Shown here: positions 27,434 to 37,591 of the stretch, piece after piece | How the letters are laid out: each line of letters begins with the position of its first letter | Numbering within the stretch: the stretch's first letter is position 1 | Virus record (IMG/VR): IMGVR_UViG_3300013094_000003 | Location: 1 to 55,499 of that record | Strand: one strand, 5' to 3' | Length of the DNA stretch: 55,499 nt | Origin: a virus | Taxonomy: Duplodnaviria; Caudoviricetes | Made by a program: the position numbers and the translations under genes | The notes under the pieces: generated by a model | The model's input: the letters and a program-made list of their open reading frames with translations, nothing else | Told to the model about the DNA's origin: nothing | Databases searched by the model: none

Positions 27434-29143
27434 TTACCTAATTTTTGCATAATATTCATCTCTTAATTCTTTAATTGCTTTTAACTTTTGGTTTTTAATT
27501 TCTTTTTCTATAAAGACTCTTTTTTCAGCACTTCCTTTTACCATAAACTTACTTTTTATAGCAAATTCTTTGCGTAAAAATTCTAATTTTTGATTAAATT
27601 CTTTATAATTTTCTACATTAATTTTTTTAATCCAAATTTTATCTTTGATTTTTAAATATTTTAAAAGTGGGTCTCTATAAATCTGGTAAACTGATTTAAA
27701 TTTTATCTTTAAAAGCCAAGCACATTGTCTTAAATCTACATATTCTTCGTTGTCGATTATTGTAAATTCACCTTCTTGTTTTTTTAATTCTGATTCCACC
27801 ATCTCGAGTTTTTCTAAATTTTTTACCTCTGTTTGTATTTCTAGGGCTTTTTCTTTCTTATCAAAAAAGAATAATGCTATAGTATAGCCAATTAATGTTG
27901 GAATAAATAAAACTGATAATCCAAAATGTCCGAACCATTCTATTAAGTAAATAAGCCCAAATGAAGTTATAGCAAACATAAATCCTCTTCCTAAAGAATA
28001 TTGAAGACCAGCAGATGTAAAACGTTGTAATATGTTAATATGTTTGTAAAATATTGAAAAAGCTGGGAGTCCATGAAGAGCAAATAATGTTATTCCTACT
28101 TGAATTAGAGTTAATTGATAAGGTTCACTGACATTATTTAATAGGAAAGGTAATAGAATTACTAATACTGCTGATATAACAAGCTGTATTTTTAATATTC
28201 TTAGCGGATGTATGTAATAACTAGCTACCATCAAAAATACTATTCTAAAGATCTCTAATAAAGAAATAAAAAAATTATGATGAATTATCTCAGCAGATGA
28301 ATAATTAAAAAAGTTTTTAAATAAAATTCCGCAGTGAATGTAAATAAAATAATAATATAACGGAAAAACAGCTTGAATTATAAATAAAGCAAATAAAACT
28401 TTTTTATCAGACTGGTGTTTTTTCGTGTTTTTTACTAAAATTTTTGCTTCTTTTATTGAAATATTCATAGTTTCTACAAGAGTATCTATCTTATATTTAA
28501 TACTAGAGAAGTCATGACTTTCAACAAGTGATTTTCGTGCCTGCATTCCAACTATCGCAACTATTCCCCCTATCCAAAAAGCAATCCGCCAATCAAATCC
28601 TTGTGTCGTTACTAAAGAGGCTATCCCTAAAGCGAAAGTTCCACCTAATGCTCCAAATAAAGAGGTAATTCCTGATAATGGATATTGTATAGGAGGTCTT
28701 GAAGTTTCCATAAGATAAAGATCACAACTTGTTATTTCTCCTACTGATGAGATGCTTTGTAATATTCGACATAAAGAAATCCCTACAGAAGCGCCAATAC
28801 CAATTTGAGCATAGGTAGGTAAATTAGCCATAATTACACAGGTACCTCCCATAATCATAGTTGTTATAGATAGTACTATTGTACGTCCAAAATTATCTCC
28901 TATTTTACCGAATATCCAAGCCCCTAATGGTCTAAATGCAAATGTTGTAGTAATTGAGGCAGCAGTTACCCATTTCATTATCTGGGGATTATTGATATCA
29001 AAAAATAGTTCATTAAGTAGTACACCCATATGAACGTACAACATTAAATCGGCGTATTCTAGGAAAGTTCCAAATGATAATAAGGCAACAGCTTTTTTCA
29101 AAAGTGGAGACAAAGAATGGCTTGGAAGTGTTTTTATTTTCAT
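27434..29143 (-). CDS. ProP-like MFS transporter fused to a C-terminal HTH_17-like domain
   Basis: GTFLEY.DLMLY, FRPLGAWIFGKIGD.FGR, LPTYAQIG, WRIAFWIG; last ~115 aa align with 26605..27165. Confidence 0.85.
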   Translation of the reverse strand: MKIKTLPSHSLSPLLKKAVALLSFGTFLEYADLMLYVHMGVLLNELFFDINNPQIMKWVTAASITTTFAFRPLGAWIFGKIGDNFGRTIVLSITTMIMGGTCVIMANLPTYAQIGIGASVGISLCRILQSISSVGEITSCDLYLMETSRPPIQYPLSGITSLFGALGGTFALGIASLVTTQGFDWRIAFWIGGIVAIVGMQARKSLVESHDFSSIKYKIDTLVETMNISIKEAKILVKNTKKHQSDKKVLFALFIIQAVFPLYYYFIYIHCGILFKNFFNYSSAEIIHHNFFISLLEIFRIVFLMVASYYIHPLRILKIQLVISAVLVILLPFLLNNVSEPYQLTLIQVGITLFALHGLPAFSIFYKHINILQRFTSAGLQYSLGRGFMFAITSFGLIYLIEWFGHFGLSVLFIPTLIGYTIALFFFDKKEKALEIQTEVKNLEKLEMVESELKKQEGEFTIIDNEEYVDLRQCAWLLKIKFKSVYQIYRDPLLKYLKIKDKIWIKKINVENYKEFNQKLEFLRKEFAIKSKFMVKGSAEKRVFIEKEIKNQKLKAIKELRDEYYAKIR

Positions 29144-29295
29144 AATTTTAACTTTATTTACTTTGTTACAATCTGCATTTATATCAAAAAATTTTAAATT
29201 AAGCTAGGCAAAATTATTAGTAAATTTTTGCCATCTGTTTTTTATAAATATTATGCAATATAATTACCACTTCTTTTATTAAAGATATTAATTAC

Positions 29296-29694
29296 ATGAG
29301 TAAATGGGACATAAAGATAGAACAAAGTATTATCGGAATAAAGGTAAAATGTGTAAAAAAGGATAAATTAAGAAAAAGTTTTAAAACTTTACAATATGTA
29401 ATTGATGTATTGATGGAACTATCTAAAGAACTAAATCAATTTCCTATAAAACTTGATGATTTAGCAGACAAAATAAAGAGACATAATAGAAATGTACAAA
29501 AATATATAAGCATACTGGAAATATATGGATTTATTATAAAAAGTTATGACTCTGAGAGGTTATGTATAACACTTATAAAATATTCAACCAATATAGAATC
29601 AATAATTTGCCCTATAGATCATTTAGTAGAAAAAATAAAAAGTCTTATCGAAGAAGAAAATTCTAAATTTAATAACATAGAAAAGGTTTTATGA
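29296..29694 (+). CDS. Winged-HTH protein
   Basis: LDDLADKIKRHNRNVQKYISILE..GFI. Confidence 0.7.
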   Translation: MSKWDIKIEQSIIGIKVKCVKKDKLRKSFKTLQYVIDVLMELSKELNQFPIKLDDLADKIKRHNRNVQKYISILEIYGFIIKSYDSERLCITLIKYSTNIESIICPIDHLVEKIKSLIEEENSKFNNIEKVL

Positions 29695-29846
29695 TTTACC
29701 TCCTCTCCCCCCTCCTCAAAAGAATCCGCCACTTACTAGCATCAAGAGCCGAACACAAACGCCTTAAGGAAATAAGGAAAGCTTTGCAAAGCTACGGCTT
29801 AAGACGGGGATTTAACCGGAATAATAATAACAAAGGTAATTTATGA
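29691..29846 (+). CDS. 51-aa basic protein (not in ORF track)
   Basis: ATGA overlaps at both ends. Confidence 0.5.
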   Translation: MIYLLSPLLKRIRHLLASRAEHKRLKEIRKALQSYGLRRGFNRNNNNKGNL

Positions 29847-29992
29847 CTCCACAAAGACAGGAAGATATCAAAACAATAGCATCTCGCATACGTAGGATTG
29901 TGAAAGGAACAGAAGGGATGCCTATGTACACTAACTTCTGGGACGATTTAGATACATTATTGCACTTGATTTTAGAGGAAAAAGGTGAGTAA
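29843..29992 (+). CDS. 49-aa hypothetical protein (not in ORF track)
   Basis: aaggt RBS; MTPQRQEDIKTIASRIRR...; overlaps the next start. Confidence 0.55.
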   Translation: MTPQRQEDIKTIASRIRRIVKGTEGMPMYTNFWDDLDTLLHLILEEKGE

Positions 29993-31838
29993 GGCCGTAA
30001 AAACAAATACTCCTACTCTTACCAATAAACAGCAATTATATAAAATTGTTGTGGATTCAAGAGGTAATCCTGACGCATTGGCTATTAACTTATATTGGGA
30101 TGAGTTTAGATCATGGTATAACCATAAGAAGATACATACAAGTAGTAAGATAATAAGAATCCCTAAATTATATAAGTATGGAGTATATGCCTCTTATAAA
30201 GAGTTAGCCGAAAAATATGGAGTTACGACCGATACTATTAGAAGGAAAATAGTTAAGCTAGAAGAACTAGAGTTATTAAGTAGAGATTTTTATACAAATA
30301 AAGAAAACCATAAAGTTTTATACAATCAACTAATTATTTACATCTGGCAACAAACTCCTCATTTTTTTAATCCTATAGGGCTTGATAGGATGCTTATTGA
30401 GGAGTTAACGCCATCAACAAATCACGAATATATATCATCAAAATATAATAATGAAAACAAAGAGGCCTATAAACAAAATCAGCACACCCCCCCTGTTGAA
30501 TTTAAGGATACCCCTCTCCTTACAAATAAGGACACCCCCTATACTGAAATTAAGGATATTATAACCCAAGAAAATAAGGATACCCCAATACCCTTGCAAG
30601 TTAGTAATTCCTTAGGGTTGGAGGTAGAGAGGGGTATACTTACAAATCAGCACACCCCTCTCCTTACCGGTAAGGATACAAATATACTAAGAGTAAATAA
30701 TCTCTATACCTTTGGTATAGAGAGATTATTTACGGTATATAATATTAATAATAATACGCACGCGCGGATATTTACCGATAAAAACGATAAAACTGATTTT
30801 GTTGATAAAAATAATAACATTGATCAATCAGTTCATACAAATTCTGTAGAAACAAAAATTTTAAACTCTAAAAAAGAATCTAGTTACGCAGATTTTGCTT
30901 TTGGCTCTCTTGCGAAGCCAACGCAATCTGCTGTTGATGAATGGGAAGAAAATGAAACAAAAGAACTTGCAGTTTTGCTAGATAATGATTGCATTACTGA
31001 TCCTGTAATTCCGATAGACCACGAAGAAATTGTTGATGATGAACAAGCAACCCGAAAAATGCTACTCTCTAAAGCTCTGTGGAGTACTTTTGGCGAGCAG
31101 CGATCAGGCGAGATACAAGATGATTACAAGTTTGTAGAAACAGAACCGCACAAGGTCTGTATTCAAACCGAAGAAATGCGGTTAAACGATATTGAAAAAG
31201 CTAAAATACGGAAAGCTATTCAGTCTGTCTACGGCGAGGATGTAACGATAGCAATGCAGATAATCGCTCCGGTAGAAAATGAACCGATACCTAGTGATGA
31301 AGATGCTAACTTAGAATATTCGGTAAGTAAGCCTAATTGGCTTAATTTTAAATCTGTAATAAAAAATCATTCTTTGTTTGCTGCCTTAAATAATCCGTCA
31401 TTAAAGATTACTGAGGAGTCACTTGAAAAAATTATCATAGAGGGGGTAGCATTTCTTATTGAAAGGATAATCGAGCCTGGAAGTTTAGAAGAGCTTGAGA
31501 ATGCTATTTTAAAAACAGGTTTGACTTTAGAATTACACACTAAAAACGTTCATCCTGAGTATAAAAATTTTGAAAAACAACCAATTGTTTTAACTCCTGA
31601 AAAGGTACTAGAGGATAAAGCATGGTTATCGAACATAAGAATAGCTGAGTTACAAAAGTCAAATACAACTGGAAGGTTTATTGAGGTTAGGGAAGAAGAG
31701 CCGGTAAATGATTATGATAGTGAGTCGACTACAAAATGTAGTCAACTGAAATTAACAGCAAGAGAAGAAGCAATTGTTAATAATTTTAATGATATGGAAT
31801 TGTTGGCCTTAATAGAAAAACAAGCAAGTCAAGCATAG
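29985..31838 (+). CDS. Phage replication initiator / replisome organiser (wHTH) with intragenic iterons
   Basis: SYKELAEKYGVTTDTIRRKIVKLEELELL HTH; central 24-bp periodic repeats; upstream of ssDNA-binding genes. Confidence 0.7.
   Translation: MSKAVKTNTPTLTNKQQLYKIVVDSRGNPDALAINLYWDEFRSWYNHKKIHTSSKIIRIPKLYKYGVYASYKELAEKYGVTTDTIRRKIVKLEELELLSRDFYTNKENHKVLYNQLIIYIWQQTPHFFNPIGLDRMLIEELTPSTNHEYISSKYNNENKEAYKQNQHTPPVEFKDTPLLTNKDTPYTEIKDIITQENKDTPIPLQVSNSLGLEVERGILTNQHTPLLTGKDTNILRVNNLYTFGIERLFTVYNINNNTHARIFTDKNDKTDFVDKNNNIDQSVHTNSVETKILNSKKESSYADFAFGSLAKPTQSAVDEWEENETKELAVLLDNDCITDPVIPIDHEEIVDDEQATRKMLLSKALWSTFGEQRSGEIQDDYKFVETEPHKVCIQTEEMRLNDIEKAKIRKAIQSVYGEDVTIAMQIIAPVENEPIPSDEDANLEYSVSKPNWLNFKSVIKNHSLFAALNNPSLKITEESLEKIIIEGVAFLIERIIEPGSLEELENAILKTGLTLELHTKNVHPEYKNFEKQPIVLTPEKVLEDKAWLSNIRIAELQKSNTTGRFIEVREEEPVNDYDSESTTKCSQLKLTAREEAIVNNFNDMELLALIEKQASQA
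30476..30680 (+). repeat. 24-bp-period iteron array, candidate lytic origin
   Basis: tcagca/taagga cores at 30479, 30503, 30527, 30551, 30575, 30647, 30671, plus an inverted copy at about 30628-30642. Confidence 0.75.
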
Positions 31839-31847
31839 GAGGAGTAA

Positions 31848-32096
31848 ATGAGTGAACTAGAAGCTAGAAAATACACGTCAATTCGCAATTTAAGAGAAGA
31901 GATTAGGGCGGATATGGAGGATTATAAGCTTTTATGGACTGATGAAAATGTAGGACAAGAAGGTAGAAATGGTCCAAGTTTCTTATTTGATGCTAATAAA
32001 GAGGGTATTCGTAACTGGTTTTCAAAATATTTAATATCACAAATTAACAACAATTTATCAAAATTAAAAGAATTAGTGGAGCAAAACAATGAGTAA
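31848..32096 (+). CDS. Hypothetical protein
   Basis: ggagg RBS; operon context. Confidence 0.7.
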   Translation: MSELEARKYTSIRNLREEIRADMEDYKLLWTDENVGQEGRNGPSFLFDANKEGIRNWFSKYLISQINNNLSKLKELVEQNNE

Positions 32097-32676
32097 ATGG
32101 ATTAATTTCAACGATGCCGAAGACCAAACCTTTTACACGTTGATACCTCATAGAACCATAGCAAAAGTAGTAATGCTTATAAAAAAAGGCGGTTATGTTA
32201 CAAAAGAGTTTCCTGATGGATATGCGACTAAAAGCGATTTTACAAGCAGTGTATACCTTGCTTGCGAATTTGTAATTTTGAATGGAGAATACGAGAATAG
32301 AAAAATATGGAGTTATATCGGTCTTCATAGTGATAATTCCGAGAAATATGGTGAAATCGGTAGAAGCACGATTAAGGCAATACTTAACTCTGCGTATAGT
32401 ATACACCCAAAAGACAATTCTTCAGACGCCGTAAAACAGAGAGAGATAAAAAACTTTGCTGATTTGGATAACCTTGAATTTGTTGCTGAAATTACCATTA
32501 ACGATAAAGGACAGAATCCAAAGAACGAAATAAAAACAATAATTACTCCTGATCATCCAAAATACACTGAGTACATGGATAGCAGGAATAGTAAGATAAA
32601 AGTAAAAATAAATTACAGTCAAGCTAAACCTGAGAAGAGAAACGAAAAGTTTGTAGGTGATGAACTTCCATTTTGA
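32089..32676 (+). CDS. Phage ssDNA-binding-like protein (DUF669-like OB fold)
   Basis: FNDAEDQ..LIP, YL.CEF.IL.GEY..RKIW, acidic DELPF tail. Confidence 0.65.
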   Translation: MSKWINFNDAEDQTFYTLIPHRTIAKVVMLIKKGGYVTKEFPDGYATKSDFTSSVYLACEFVILNGEYENRKIWSYIGLHSDNSEKYGEIGRSTIKAILNSAYSIHPKDNSSDAVKQREIKNFADLDNLEFVAEITINDKGQNPKNEIKTIITPDHPKYTEYMDSRNSKIKVKINYSQAKPEKRNEKFVGDELPF

Positions 32677-32690
32677 AAGAAGGTAAATCA

Positions 32691-33026
32691 ATGAGAGATA
32701 GCGTTGAAATAGAAATTATAGGTTATGTAGCGAGTGATCCTGTTATGCCAAGCCCTGAGAAGTATCCTGATTTTATAACTTTTCAGATTGCGATTACAAA
32801 CAGCAATAAAGATACAACATGGTTTAAATGCCAAGTAGGTACTAAAGGATTAACAGAGGTCGTTAAATCATATGTAAAGAAAGGAAATGGAGTATTTGTT
32901 AAAGGTTACCCGAAAGTGAATGCGTATATTGCTAAAGACGGAACTGCTAAAGGGGCGATTGAAATAAATGTTAACTATTTGAATTTACTGGGTAATTGTA
33001 AAAAGAAAAAGTCGGATAACTATTGA
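32691..33026 (+). CDS. ssb: Single-stranded DNA-binding protein
   Basis: IIGYVASDP, TTWFKC, YVKKG.GVFVKG OB-fold motifs. Confidence 0.82.
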   Translation: MRDSVEIEIIGYVASDPVMPSPEKYPDFITFQIAITNSNKDTTWFKCQVGTKGLTEVVKSYVKKGNGVFVKGYPKVNAYIAKDGTAKGAIEINVNYLNLLGNCKKKKSDNY

Positions 33027-33036
33027 TTTTAAAGCC

Positions 33037-33387
33037 TTGGGTGTAATTATGAGACAAGAAATACAAAGCTGCATTACTAACCTTTATGAAGCAATAGAGA
33101 ATTATAATACATGTCGTGAATTTAGTGAAATACGTTATTGGTTTTTGCGTAGTGTTCTTGGACAAAACGATAATTTTTTAGCTTGCGTATCTCAAATAGA
33201 TAAGCAGAAAAAGTTAATAACTAAGAACTTAACTCAGTTATCGGAATCAGTGGATGATCTTGAGATATTTATAAACCAGTGTAAACATCTGGTATTGCTA
33301 GAAAGAAACAAAAACCAAAAGTTTGCAAAGCATTACGAGAGATACCATATAAAATTAAATGGAGTAGTATATGAAACAAAAGTGTGA
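33037..33387 (+). CDS. Hypothetical protein
   Basis: Operon context. Confidence 0.6.
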   Translation: MGVIMRQEIQSCITNLYEAIENYNTCREFSEIRYWFLRSVLGQNDNFLACVSQIDKQKKLITKNLTQLSESVDDLEIFINQCKHLVLLERNKNQKFAKHYERYHIKLNGVVYETKV

Positions 33388-33694
33388 AGAAATAATCATA
33401 GATCAGTATTTAAAGGGAAATATTACCAATGAATTTAAAAATAATATCCTGGCGGGTTTTAAATTAATAAAAGAGAATAATCCTGTTTTAAAAGAACTCC
33501 TTATGGAATTACAAAATAATCCGATAGAAGCTCTTAAATATGGTGAAAAAATGTTTAAAGATATAGGTGATAATTATAAAGAAGGAATTTTAAAACATAA
33601 TCCTAAACCTTCACATGAAGAATTGTCTTTACTGTTAAACGAATTAATAAAAGAAGATGAGGAAGAAAATAAAGATCTGGGAGAATCAGAATGA
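33371..33694 (+). CDS. Hypothetical protein
   Basis: Overlapping neighbours; ggag RBS. Confidence 0.6.
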   Translation: MKQKCEEIIIDQYLKGNITNEFKNNILAGFKLIKENNPVLKELLMELQNNPIEALKYGEKMFKDIGDNYKEGILKHNPKPSHEELSLLLNELIKEDEEENKDLGESE

Positions 33695-34896
33695 GCAAAA
33701 ACACTCCTATAAAATGGCATACTGCTAATATAAAACTTTCCGAGCTAAAAGAGTATCCTGATAATCCAAGGAAAATAAGCAAGGAAATGCTGGATAAATT
33801 AGTTGCTCATATAAAGGAAGATGGATATCACCAAAGAATAATAGTAGATAACGATTATACTATTATCGGCGGTCATCAGCGCAAAAAAGCTTTATATATG
33901 GCAGGTTACGATGATGATACAGAAATAGAAGTGTTAATGCCGAGTAGAAAACTACTACCTGCAGAAATAGACAGGTTAAATATTAGAGATAATCTAGCGT
34001 TCGGTGAATATGACTTTGATGTACTAACAGAGCGATTTGATATGGAGGAGCTATTATCTTTTGGTATGGATAAGGAAATACTCGCACCTGTATTTGATAA
34101 AACCATATTAGAAGAAATAGGGGAAGAAGAGGAAATAGAACTCCCAGCAGAAGCCACTTCTAAGCTAGGTGATATTTACCTGCTTGGGTCTCATCGTTTA
34201 ATGTGCGGTGATAGTACTAATCCGCAGCATGTTGAAAAACTAATGAATGGAGTAAAGCCGATTTTAATGGTAACTGATCCGCCGTATGGGGTCAATTATG
34301 AGCCTGAGTGGAGGATAGAGAGAGGTAATACAGTTACAGGTAAAGTGCTAAACGATGATAGATACGACTGGTCTGATGCTTATGCGTTATTTACTGGTGA
34401 TATTGCTTATATCTGGCATAGTGCTAAGTATACTCATAAATTTGCTGAACATATAGAGAATAATGGCTTTGAATTAATTAGCCTTATATTTTGGAATAAG
34501 CATATGCATGTTTTGAGTCGTGGTGATTATCATAACAAACACGAGCCAGTATGGTACGGCGTTCGGAAAGGAAAAAATCATAATTGGCAAGGTAAACGTG
34601 ATCAATCTACTGTATGGGATATAGATAATAATATTTATGGGTCTAAAACAAAGGAAGAATCGACAGGACACGGCACACAGAAACCAATAGAGTGTATGCT
34701 TCGGCCTATACTAAATAACTCTGCGCAAGGTGAGAGTGTATACGATCCGTTTGGCGGTAGCGGTACTACGTTAATTGCCTGCGAGAGGTCAAAACGTAAC
34801 TGTTACATGATGGAATTATCCCCAGCTTATGTTGATGTTATAATAAAGAGATGGGAAAAAGAAACTAATAAAAAAGCTGTATTATTGAATGAGTAA
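33691..34896 (+). CDS. ParB-like N-domain plus N6/N4 DNA methyltransferase
   Basis: YPDNPR, IIGGHQR; HRLMCGDS, TDPPYG, HGTQKP, DPFGGSGTT. Confidence 0.92.
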   Translation: MSKNTPIKWHTANIKLSELKEYPDNPRKISKEMLDKLVAHIKEDGYHQRIIVDNDYTIIGGHQRKKALYMAGYDDDTEIEVLMPSRKLLPAEIDRLNIRDNLAFGEYDFDVLTERFDMEELLSFGMDKEILAPVFDKTILEEIGEEEEIELPAEATSKLGDIYLLGSHRLMCGDSTNPQHVEKLMNGVKPILMVTDPPYGVNYEPEWRIERGNTVTGKVLNDDRYDWSDAYALFTGDIAYIWHSAKYTHKFAEHIENNGFELISLIFWNKHMHVLSRGDYHNKHEPVWYGVRKGKNHNWQGKRDQSTVWDIDNNIYGSKTKEESTGHGTQKPIECMLRPILNNSAQGESVYDPFGGSGTTLIACERSKRNCYMMELSPAYVDVIIKRWEKETNKKAVLLNE

Positions 34897-35476
34897 ACCA
34901 AAAAAAGATATTACGCCGGAGGAGTCCGCACAGGTTGAATCATTAGCGGCGCATGGTCATACACAAAGAGAGATTGCTTATTTCCTAAAAATACCTTACA
35001 GGACTTTTCAAAGAAAGCTTAAAGAGGATAGTCTTTTAATGACGTCCTGGAGGAGGGGTCGCTTTAAGGGCAAGGAGTATGTTCTTTCAAGGCTTATGAG
35101 GTTTATAAAAAATGATGATTTAAACGCCGTCAATTTAAATGCAATTCAGTTTTATTTACGCAATACTGGTTTTGGCGTGGAAAATAATGATGATAATAAT
35201 GAGTTGCAAGTATCATTTGGTAATAAATCTGCTTTAGAAATAATAGATAGTACCTTAACTGCTTTAGAAGAAAGAGAGATAGGTGTTTCTAAAGCTCAAC
35301 AACTCACTAGTCTAGCCTTAGCTAAACTTAATATAGAAAACAACGGCTCTAAGGATGATCAAGCACTATACCAACAAAGGAGTAAAGAGGAAGCACTGGA
35401 ATTTGCAGCTAAAATAAAGGAAGCAAGAGAGAATTTGCAAGTGATTAAGAAAAACAAGATTAAATCAAATGATTAA
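34889..35476 (+). CDS. terS: Probable terminase small subunit
   Basis: HTH (GHTQREIAYFL.I..RTF), AIQFYL motif; follows the MTase as in many phages. Confidence 0.65.
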   Translation: MSKPKKDITPEESAQVESLAAHGHTQREIAYFLKIPYRTFQRKLKEDSLLMTSWRRGRFKGKEYVLSRLMRFIKNDDLNAVNLNAIQFYLRNTGFGVENNDDNNELQVSFGNKSALEIIDSTLTALEEREIGVSKAQQLTSLALAKLNIENNGSKDDQALYQQRSKEEALEFAAKIKEARENLQVIKKNKIKSND

Positions 35477-35678
35477 AATGATAAATTTCATGGTACTTAC
35501 ATTAGTAAGTAGTTTTATTCTCATGTGTTTGGTTAATCCAGATAAGTTATTATTAATAATAAAGGGATTACAGTATAAAAAATTTTTAATATTTGTTCTT
35601 GGTATTATATATATTACTTATATTTACTATCTTATAAGGTATTTATTAGTAAAATTAATATTAGATCAAAATGACTAG
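35469..35678 (+). CDS. Small two-TM protein
   Basis: Highly hydrophobic; overlapping neighbours. Confidence 0.5.
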   Translation: MIKMINFMVLTLVSSFILMCLVNPDKLLLIIKGLQYKKFLIFVLGIIYITYIYYLIRYLLVKLILDQND

Positions 35679-35907
35679 TAAAAAAAGATTATATGGCACT
35701 AACAGCAAACAAGCTACTATATCGTTATTTAAAAAGCCTCAAAAAGCAGATTTTGATATAAAGGACAAAGATATAGAAAGTGCAGAAAGATCAGATCGGA
35801 ATTACGCACTAGCCCGTTATAGGGAAATCGTAGCAGCTCGTAAGGTAAAGGAAAAACTACGTCCAAGAGAACCTGAAGTATATCACCACGACATCTTTAA
35901 AAGATAA
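35671..35907 (+). CDS. Hypothetical basic protein
   Basis: Operon context. Confidence 0.6.
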   Translation: MTSKKRLYGTNSKQATISLFKKPQKADFDIKDKDIESAERSDRNYALARYREIVAARKVKEKLRPREPEVYHHDIFKR

Positions 35908-36045
35908 CTAATTATTTCTTTATATTAATATTTCACTGTATAAATATTATATTTAAAATATATATCTTTATTTTATTTAATAAAAATAACTTTACATATT
36001 AAAATAGTATGATATATATATCTTTAACTAAAGTTATAAAGATAT

Positions 36046-36669
36046 ATGAAAATAGTTTCCATACTAAATCAAAAAGGCGGTGTGGGTAAAACTACACTTG
36101 CAACAAATATCGCAAGCAAACTTCACTTAAATGGTTCAAAAGTATTACTTGTTGATTCGGACCCTCAAGGCTCTGCTAGAGATTGGCATGCAGTAGGTAA
36201 TAGTGAAATAGCTGTTATAGGAATGGACAGACCAACTCTTGAAAGGGACGTAAAGAAAATAGCTAATGATTTTGATTGGGTTATCATTGACGGCGCACCT
36301 CAATTAACCAATATGGCGGTTTCTGCTATAAAATGTTCTGATTTAATCATTATACCTGTCCAACCATCACCATACGATATATGGGCATCTGAAGAGCTGG
36401 TAGACGTGATAAAACATAGGCAACAAATTACTGATGGAAATCCAAAAGCTTATTTCTGTATCAGTAGAAAAATATCTACAACTTCTTTAAGCAGTGAAGT
36501 AACCGAAGCTTTAAAAGGATATTCTATGCCGATAATGAAAAGCTATACATCCCAAAGAATTGCGTATGCCAAGTCAGCAGTAGATGGGCAATCTGTTTTT
36601 GATACTACTAACAATGATGCAATACATGAGATTACAAATATAGTAAATGAGATTAAAGAGATATTATGA
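36046..36669 (+). CDS. parA: ParA/ParF partition ATPase (type Ib)
   Basis: NQKGGVGKTT, VDSDPQGS, IIDGAP, IPVQPSPYD. Confidence 0.95.
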   Translation: MKIVSILNQKGGVGKTTLATNIASKLHLNGSKVLLVDSDPQGSARDWHAVGNSEIAVIGMDRPTLERDVKKIANDFDWVIIDGAPQLTNMAVSAIKCSDLIIIPVQPSPYDIWASEELVDVIKHRQQITDGNPKAYFCISRKISTTSLSSEVTEALKGYSMPIMKSYTSQRIAYAKSAVDGQSVFDTTNNDAIHEITNIVNEIKEIL

Positions 36670-36863
36670 GTTCACTAAAAACCGGTCGTCCATCAATAAA
36701 TAAAGAGAAAGCACTTAAACAATTAGAAGATAATAAAAATGCTAATTTAGTAGTTAAGGTTGAGAGGAGCTTTCACAAGGAAATAAAGCGTTATTCTCTA
36801 GAACATGATTTGACACTTGGTGAACTGGTGCATAAGTCTTTACGAGCATATATGGGTAAATAA
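36666..36863 (+). CDS. ParG-like RHH centromere-binding protein
   Basis: Coupled to parA; C-terminal RHH pattern. Confidence 0.75.
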   Translation: MSSLKTGRPSINKEKALKQLEDNKNANLVVKVERSFHKEIKRYSLEHDLTLGELVHKSLRAYMGK

Positions 36864-37092
36864 TGAACTTTATAGAAATAATAAAAACGATATACGAACG
36901 ATATGCCGTTTTCTGAACTGTACGAAAAAAATCGTATAATTGACAACATTACTATCCAATAACTCATTCCAGTTATCTATGCTAGTTTTACCCTTATAAT
37001 TTATCTTTTCTTGTATACAATTATATTTACAATGTATATAATATATAATACAATGTATTTATATCCATTAAAATATAATATAGGTTAATATA

Positions 37093-37344
37093 ATGTATAC
37101 AATTAGCGCTCGTATTCCAGATGAATTGAACGAAGCTTTGTCTAAAGTTGCAAAAGTAATGGAAAGACCAAAAGCATTTTTGATAAACAAAGCTATTGAG
37201 CTATATATTAGAGAAGCAGAAGAAGATATAGAAGATGCTGAAATAGCTCTTGCTGTTATGAACGATAAAACTATGAAATGTTATACTTCTGAAGAAATAA
37301 AAGAAAGATTAGAGGCTAAATATCGTGCAGAACACAATTTATAA
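37093..37344 (+). CDS. RHH antitoxin (RelB-like)
   Basis: ISARIPDEL..L..VA....RPK.FLI..AI; acidic EDIED; palindromic operators upstream (ttgtatacaa). Confidence 0.85.
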   Translation: MYTISARIPDELNEALSKVAKVMERPKAFLINKAIELYIREAEEDIEDAEIALAVMNDKTMKCYTSEEIKERLEAKYRAEHNL

Positions 37345-37591
37345 AGTTAAGTGGAAAGAAGCTGCTGAAGATAACCTAGACGAGCTTCCTTCAGAGATTG
37401 CCTTAAAAATTTACGATAGAGTTGAAAGCCATTTAGTACAAGCACCAAAACAGCTAGGAAAAGCCCTAGTCGGTCAGTATAAAGGTTTATATCGGTATAG
37501 GTATGGAGATTATAGAGTACTATATGAAATAGATCTGCATAGTAAATCAATTATTATTGTTAGAATTGGAAATAGGAAAGAAGTTTATTAA
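37325..37591 (+). CDS. relE: RelE/StbE-family toxin
   Basis: GKAL.G...GLYRYRYGDYRVLYEI, IGNRKEVY. Confidence 0.92.
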   Translation: MQNTIYKVKWKEAAEDNLDELPSEIALKIYDRVESHLVQAPKQLGKALVGQYKGLYRYRYGDYRVLYEIDLHSKSIIIVRIGNRKEVY

